A stretch of 62,763 nucleotides of DNA from Candidatus Epulonipiscium sp. (lineage in GTDB: Bacteria; Bacillota; Clostridia; Lachnospirales; JAAYNZ01). The position numbers and the translations under genes are program-made. Every line of letters starts with the position of its first letter. Positions within the stretch are counted from its first letter, which is position 1. Positions 58,621 through 62,763 of this stretch are shown here, one piece after another. Location of the stretch: assembly GCA_012520595.1 (NCBI GenBank), contig JAAYNZ010000089.1, forward strand, positions 1 to 62,763, in the 5' to 3' direction. The notes below the pieces were generated by a model that had not been told where the DNA came from, did not search any database, and was given only the letters and a program-made list of their open reading frames with translations.

Positions 58621-59979
58621 TTATACAAAAATCATAGCTATAATAGCAACTACGATAATAGTAGAAATTCCTTGAATTAAAGTAGCAACTGTCTGAGATT
58701 TATAGGCAGTACTTACATCCATTCCACTAAACTCTGCTACAACCCAGAAAAAACTATCATTAGCATGTGACACAGTCATAGCACCGGCCCCTATAGCCAT
58801 AACGGTTAATACCTTCCCTAATACAGATGCAAGGCCCAACGCTGGTAATAAAGGTGCCACTAGCGTTGAAGTCGTGACCAAAGCCACTGTTGAAGAACCT
58901 TGAGCTGTTTTTAAAGCAGCTGCAATAATAAAAGGTAGGAAAATACCTAAGTTCCAACTAGCTAAAGTTGTTCCTAAATAATCTCCAATAGGAGTAGTAC
59001 TTAACACTTTTCCTAAAGAACCTCCTGCTCCCGTAATCATAATGATAATCGCTGCATCTTTCAATCCTTGACCAATCCACCCAGATAAAGTTTCTTCATC
59101 CCACGTAGGTAGAAGAAGTAAAGAAAATAAAAATCCAATAAACAAAGCATTAATTGGTTTACCTAAAAATATAAAAAACGTAAACCATCCACCTTCTCCA
59201 AAAGGTTTTGTAGGAAACGCAGCAATAGAGCCTAATGTGATTAATAAAATAGGTGCCAAAATGGGAGCAAAGGATTTCCATGCACTAGGCAATTCTTTAT
59301 ATTTTTCTCTAATTTCATCATGATCCAATTGTAATACCTCTAAATCCTCTTTTGATTTATACCTTTTTCCTGCTTGGACAGCCCATAAATAACCTGCAAT
59401 CGTAGGTACAATAGCAATCACTAATCCAAGTAAAATAACCCATCCCAGTTGATTTTCCAGTCCTAGATTACCTGCTGCAGCAATAGGACCTGGAGTAGGT
59501 GGAACCAAAGTATGAGTTGCATATAGACCCGTAGCTAAGGCGACGGACATCATAACAGCCGAAACCTGACTTCGCTTTGCTAAAGATTTTTTGAGGGAGG
59601 ATAAAATAACAAATCCTGAATCACAAAAAACAGGAATGGAGACAATATAACCAATAATACTCATAGCTATGCCAGGATGTTTCTCACCAACTACTTTTAA
59701 CACTGTATCTGCCATTGTAATAGCGGCCCCTGATTTTTCTAAAATGGTTCCAATAATCGTTCCTAAAATAATAACAATTCCAATTCCTGTTAAAATTCCA
59801 CCAAATCCTTGGCTAATTACATCTCCTATTTCTGTCGGTTTCATACCTGCAGCAAAAGCAATACCATAAGCAGCTACTAGTAAAGCAATAAAGGGATGTA
59901 GCTTAAATTTAGATGTAGCTACAACGATAAAAATAATACCGATTAATAAAATAACTAACAATATTGGACCTTGAACCAT
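58621..59979 (-). CDS. GntP-family permease (gluconate/glycerate:H+ symporter family)
   Basis: 452 aa polytopic GntP-like protein, co-directional with glycerate kinase. Confidence 0.88.
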   Translation of the reverse strand: MVQGPILLVILLIGIIFIVVATSKFKLHPFIALLVAAYGIAFAAGMKPTEIGDVISQGFGGILTGIGIVIILGTIIGTILEKSGAAITMADTVLKVVGEKHPGIAMSIIGYIVSIPVFCDSGFVILSSLKKSLAKRSQVSAVMMSVALATGLYATHTLVPPTPGPIAAAGNLGLENQLGWVILLGLVIAIVPTIAGYLWAVQAGKRYKSKEDLEVLQLDHDEIREKYKELPSAWKSFAPILAPILLITLGSIAAFPTKPFGEGGWFTFFIFLGKPINALFIGFLFSLLLLPTWDEETLSGWIGQGLKDAAIIIMITGAGGSLGKVLSTTPIGDYLGTTLASWNLGIFLPFIIAAALKTAQGSSTVALVTTSTLVAPLLPALGLASVLGKVLTVMAIGAGAMTVSHANDSFFWVVAEFSGMDVSTAYKSQTVATLIQGISTIIVVAIIAMIFV

Positions 59980-60128
59980 AGAATATTCCCCCTTGTTTTT
60001 ATTTTATCTAAGCCAATATTCCTTATCACTCTGATTATTCATTTTCTATACAGAGTCAAAAGTTTAATTGTCTTTAGATACATACATTCAACTAAAGTTC
60101 ATAAAAAATCCTTTCATTGAATTACGTT

Positions 60129-61271
60129 TTACTTATTCAGTACATATATCGCCCTCATAAATCGCTCCATTGCTTTTTCTAACAAAAAAGCTCCATTAGC
60201 AATGGCATCTTCTAAACTCATAGGACCATCTACAATGCTCATAATACTATCAATTCCTGCTTGGTATACTTGCTCAGCTCCTTTTCCAATACTACCTACA
60301 AACGCAATTACAGGTAGGTTATATTTTTTAGCCAAGCTAGCAACTCCTACTGGTAATTTCCCATGCATCGTTTGGTCATTGATTTGTCCTTCTCCCGTAA
60401 TAACCAAATCAAATGTATGCGTTTCAAATATATGCCCTAATCCTACCTCCTTTTGAATAATCGTAAATCCTGACTCCAAAGATCCATTTAGAAAAGCTAA
60501 TAAACCTGCCCCTAAACCTCCTGCTGCTCCTGACCCAGGAATTTGAGCCACATCTTTTCCTAAAAATCGTTGAATGCAATCATGAAATCGTTGTAATCCT
60601 TGGTCTAAAAGTGGAAGCATCTCTTCTGTTGCCCCCTTCTGAGGGCCATAGACATAAGATGCACCTTCTGGACCATATAATGGATTATTCACATCACAAG
60701 CTACTTTGATTTCTACTGTATCCAAACGGTGATCTCGTTTACTGCAATCGATGATTTCTAACTCTAACAACCCTTTCGCTCCAAAAGAAATAGATTCTCT
60801 TTTTGAATTTAATAATTTAAATCCTAGAGCTTGTAACATCCCAGCCCCTCCGTCATTAGTAGCACTCCCGCCAATCCCCATAATCAAGCGAGTACACCCT
60901 TGATCTAGAGCTGCCTTTATTAGTTCGCCTGTCCCATATGTGGTCGTATTCATAGGATTTCTCTTTTCTTGAGGAACCAATGGCAAACCAGAAGCACTAG
61001 CCATTTCAACAACTGCTGTTGTACCATCTCCTAATATTCCAAAAGAAGCCGTTACCTTATTACCCAAAGGACCTGTTACATCTTGATATAAAATCTTACC
61101 TCCTGTATTCAGTACCAAAGAGTCTACAGTACCTTCACCGCCATCTGCCATAGGAATTTTCATAATCATTGCATTAGGATCTACTGCATGAATTGCCTTT
61201 TCTGCCACATCACAAAATTCTTGGGCCGATAAACTACCTTTAAAAGAATCAGGAGCAACTAAAACATTCAT
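60129..61271 (-). CDS. glxK: Glycerate kinase
   Basis: MNVLVAPDSFKGSLSA...ADGGEGT...GIGGSATNDGGAG...TGEG..D.QT..GK, 380 aa. Confidence 0.93.
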   Translation of the reverse strand: MNVLVAPDSFKGSLSAQEFCDVAEKAIHAVDPNAMIMKIPMADGGEGTVDSLVLNTGGKILYQDVTGPLGNKVTASFGILGDGTTAVVEMASASGLPLVPQEKRNPMNTTTYGTGELIKAALDQGCTRLIMGIGGSATNDGGAGMLQALGFKLLNSKRESISFGAKGLLELEIIDCSKRDHRLDTVEIKVACDVNNPLYGPEGASYVYGPQKGATEEMLPLLDQGLQRFHDCIQRFLGKDVAQIPGSGAAGGLGAGLLAFLNGSLESGFTIIQKEVGLGHIFETHTFDLVITGEGQINDQTMHGKLPVGVASLAKKYNLPVIAFVGSIGKGAEQVYQAGIDSIMSIVDGPMSLEDAIANGAFLLEKAMERFMRAIYVLNK

Positions 61272-61432
61272 TTTATCCCTCCTTTATATTATTATTTGTT
61301 CATATTACATAAATATATTTTTATTATACACTATCTTATATTGAAAATCCTTATGCTTCCACCTAATTTTTTCAATTTTATTTGTGCTTATGGTACAATA
61401 TTAGGAATCTATTATTTTTTTTATGTGTTTTA

Positions 61433-62623
61433 TTACAAATTCTCATTCTTTTGTTTTTGTTTCCAATAAAAATAAATAAGCCTTAGCAATATTCGATCTG
61501 AATCTTGATATAAAGGATCTATGTTAAAAAGTTCCTTTATTTTATTAAGCCGGAATAAAACTGTATTACGATGGATAAATAAATCTTGGGCAGTACAAAG
61601 AATATTCATATTATTTTTTATTAAACTTTCCATTGTTTCTATTAATTCTGGTTTATTTTCTATTTGCTTTATGTATCCTTCTAAATGATGAGAAAAATGA
61701 AAAATAGGAATTTGGCTTAGTAAATATTCCCCAATGTAGTCTTGAACAAAAAAGATTTCTTTTTGTCCCTTCATCATTTCTCCATATTCAATCATGAATT
61801 TTGCTTCCAAAAAACTTTCTTTTAAATCTTTAAGACTCTCATAATAGGTTCCCACTCCTATTATCAATTCACCTGCAAAGTCTTGTTTTATTGCTGTACG
61901 AATGGAGTAAATATACTCTTGTAGTTTTTCTTTTATATTCGTATCATTTGTTTCTTGAGTGGTTTTAAAGATAACAATTTGATCTACGTCAATATAAGAA
62001 GAAATATCTTCTTTCGTATGATAGGAAGAAGATTTAATCAACTCTAATATTTCACCTTTTACCAGTTCTAGGGTATATAAAGGATGAGAAAGGGACTTTT
62101 GTAATATGTATTGAATAGAAAATAGGCAAGCTACTCTAGGTTTTTTAAGATCATAGCCTAATTGATGTCCCCAGCTCATAACAGCCCATTCATCTTCTTT
62201 TGTTTCAATCGATAGAAGTTTATTTATAAAAAAGTTTTTCTGGCTTTGATGAGAATACATTCTTTCCTTTAAATATTCTTGTTCCATCATCAATTCTACC
62301 ACCATCTTTACCATCGTAGCCGCTTTTTCAATTTCATCAGGAACTCCTGTAATTCCTACCACTCCTACAATAGCTTCATTATAATAAAAAGGCATATTTA
62401 CCCCTTCTTTAACGCCATCATATAAGTAAACGTTTGAAACATTAATATCAATTCTTTTTTTCTCTTTAATCACTTCTGCCGCCACTGTATGAAAAGTACC
62501 AATTCTTTCTTGGCATCCACTAGCCACAATAATTCCCTTGTCATTCATAATATTTACATTATATCCCAAATTAAGAACAATGCTATCAACCACTCGTTGC
62601 GCCCATTCAGAATTTAAAATCAT
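61433..62623 (-). CDS. CdaR/PucR-family transcriptional regulator (sugar diacid regulator-like)
   Basis: N-terminal putative sugar-diacid recognition domain (AQRVVDSI...GIIVASG...RIGTFH) and C-terminal PucR-type HTH (LFIHRNTVLFRLNKI). Confidence 0.85.
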   Translation of the reverse strand: MILNSEWAQRVVDSIVLNLGYNVNIMNDKGIIVASGCQERIGTFHTVAAEVIKEKKRIDINVSNVYLYDGVKEGVNMPFYYNEAIVGVVGITGVPDEIEKAATMVKMVVELMMEQEYLKERMYSHQSQKNFFINKLLSIETKEDEWAVMSWGHQLGYDLKKPRVACLFSIQYILQKSLSHPLYTLELVKGEILELIKSSSYHTKEDISSYIDVDQIVIFKTTQETNDTNIKEKLQEYIYSIRTAIKQDFAGELIIGVGTYYESLKDLKESFLEAKFMIEYGEMMKGQKEIFFVQDYIGEYLLSQIPIFHFSHHLEGYIKQIENKPELIETMESLIKNNMNILCTAQDLFIHRNTVLFRLNKIKELFNIDPLYQDSDRILLRLIYFYWKQKQKNENL

Positions 62624-62763
62624 AATTTCCCCCCTACTATCATGATTCCCTCATCCATTTAGTCTTTGTAAATATACCTTTTACTAACATTATTATATCC
62701 TTTTTATTTATTTTGTACACATTCTATAATCATATACTCTGCCGTACAAATCCACTTAAGTAG

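Noticed and set aside
62704-62763. Minus-strand frame open for about 19 codons at the right edge (...LLKWICTAEYMIIECVQNK-stop), possibly the 3' end of another gene
   Set aside because: Too short to evaluate and there is no recognisable motif. It could equally be non-coding spacer upstream of the cdaR-type gene.
1-62763. Search for defence systems, mobile elements, CRISPR arrays, prophage remnants, toxin-antitoxin pairs, tRNA/rRNA genes and large direct repeats
   Set aside because: No integrase, transposase or recombinase genes, no repeat-spacer arrays, no tRNA-like cloverleaf candidates and no clustered unknown genes were seen. Every ORF above about 100 aa is either a recognisable housekeeping or metabolic gene or a single isolated hypothetical membrane protein. 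I therefore do not claim a novel system here.

Overview
This is an AT-rich chromosomal core segment (by eye about two-thirds A+T, not computed). It looks like a low-GC, endospore-forming anaerobic Firmicute of Clostridia type, based on spoVB, yqfC/yqfD and class III RNR nrdDG. I call 54 protein genes, 51 of them on the minus strand, which suggests the minus strand is the leading strand here.

Gene content from left to right:
- a truncated DppA-like M55 peptidase
- a four-gene YknWXYZ-like Yip1/HlyD/ABC exporter
- ruvAB
- proA and proB, separated by about 3.2 kb of small unrelated genes
- a xylose cluster (xylA, ROK regulator, tal, xylB)
- a KDG cluster (iclR-type regulator, eda, kdgK)
- an HI0933-type flavoprotein, spoVB and typA
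- the conserved cdd ... ybeY-pgpH-phoH-yqfD-yqfC-rpsU block
- a CapA-family gene and alaS
- a DUF1015-serA-serC cluster
- an arginine cluster, argCJBD-carB, divergent from argGH
- glgB
- dut-nrdG-nrdD
- a glycerate cluster (gntP, glxK, cdaR)

Several ORF-track N-termini are over-extended. I re-set those starts to the codon that has a Shine-Dalgarno motif; TTG and GTG starts are frequent.

I found no rRNA, tRNA, CRISPR array, transposase, integrase, phage gene or recognisable defence system, and no convincing novel multi-gene system. The window reads as ordinary housekeeping genome.

The items most worth a second look are modest:
- a roughly 180-nt hairpin-rich ORF-free spacer between xylB and proB that ends in a 23-bp-stem terminator (candidate sRNA or 3'UTR element)
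- a DUF1015 gene apparently co-operonic with serC-serA
- an arginine operon that carries carB without carA
- a few clean regulatory architectures: back-to-back arg promoters with ARG-box-like sites, NrdR-box-like sites on the nrdD promoter, a palindromic operator on the eda promoter, and long perfect palindromes that overlap stop codons
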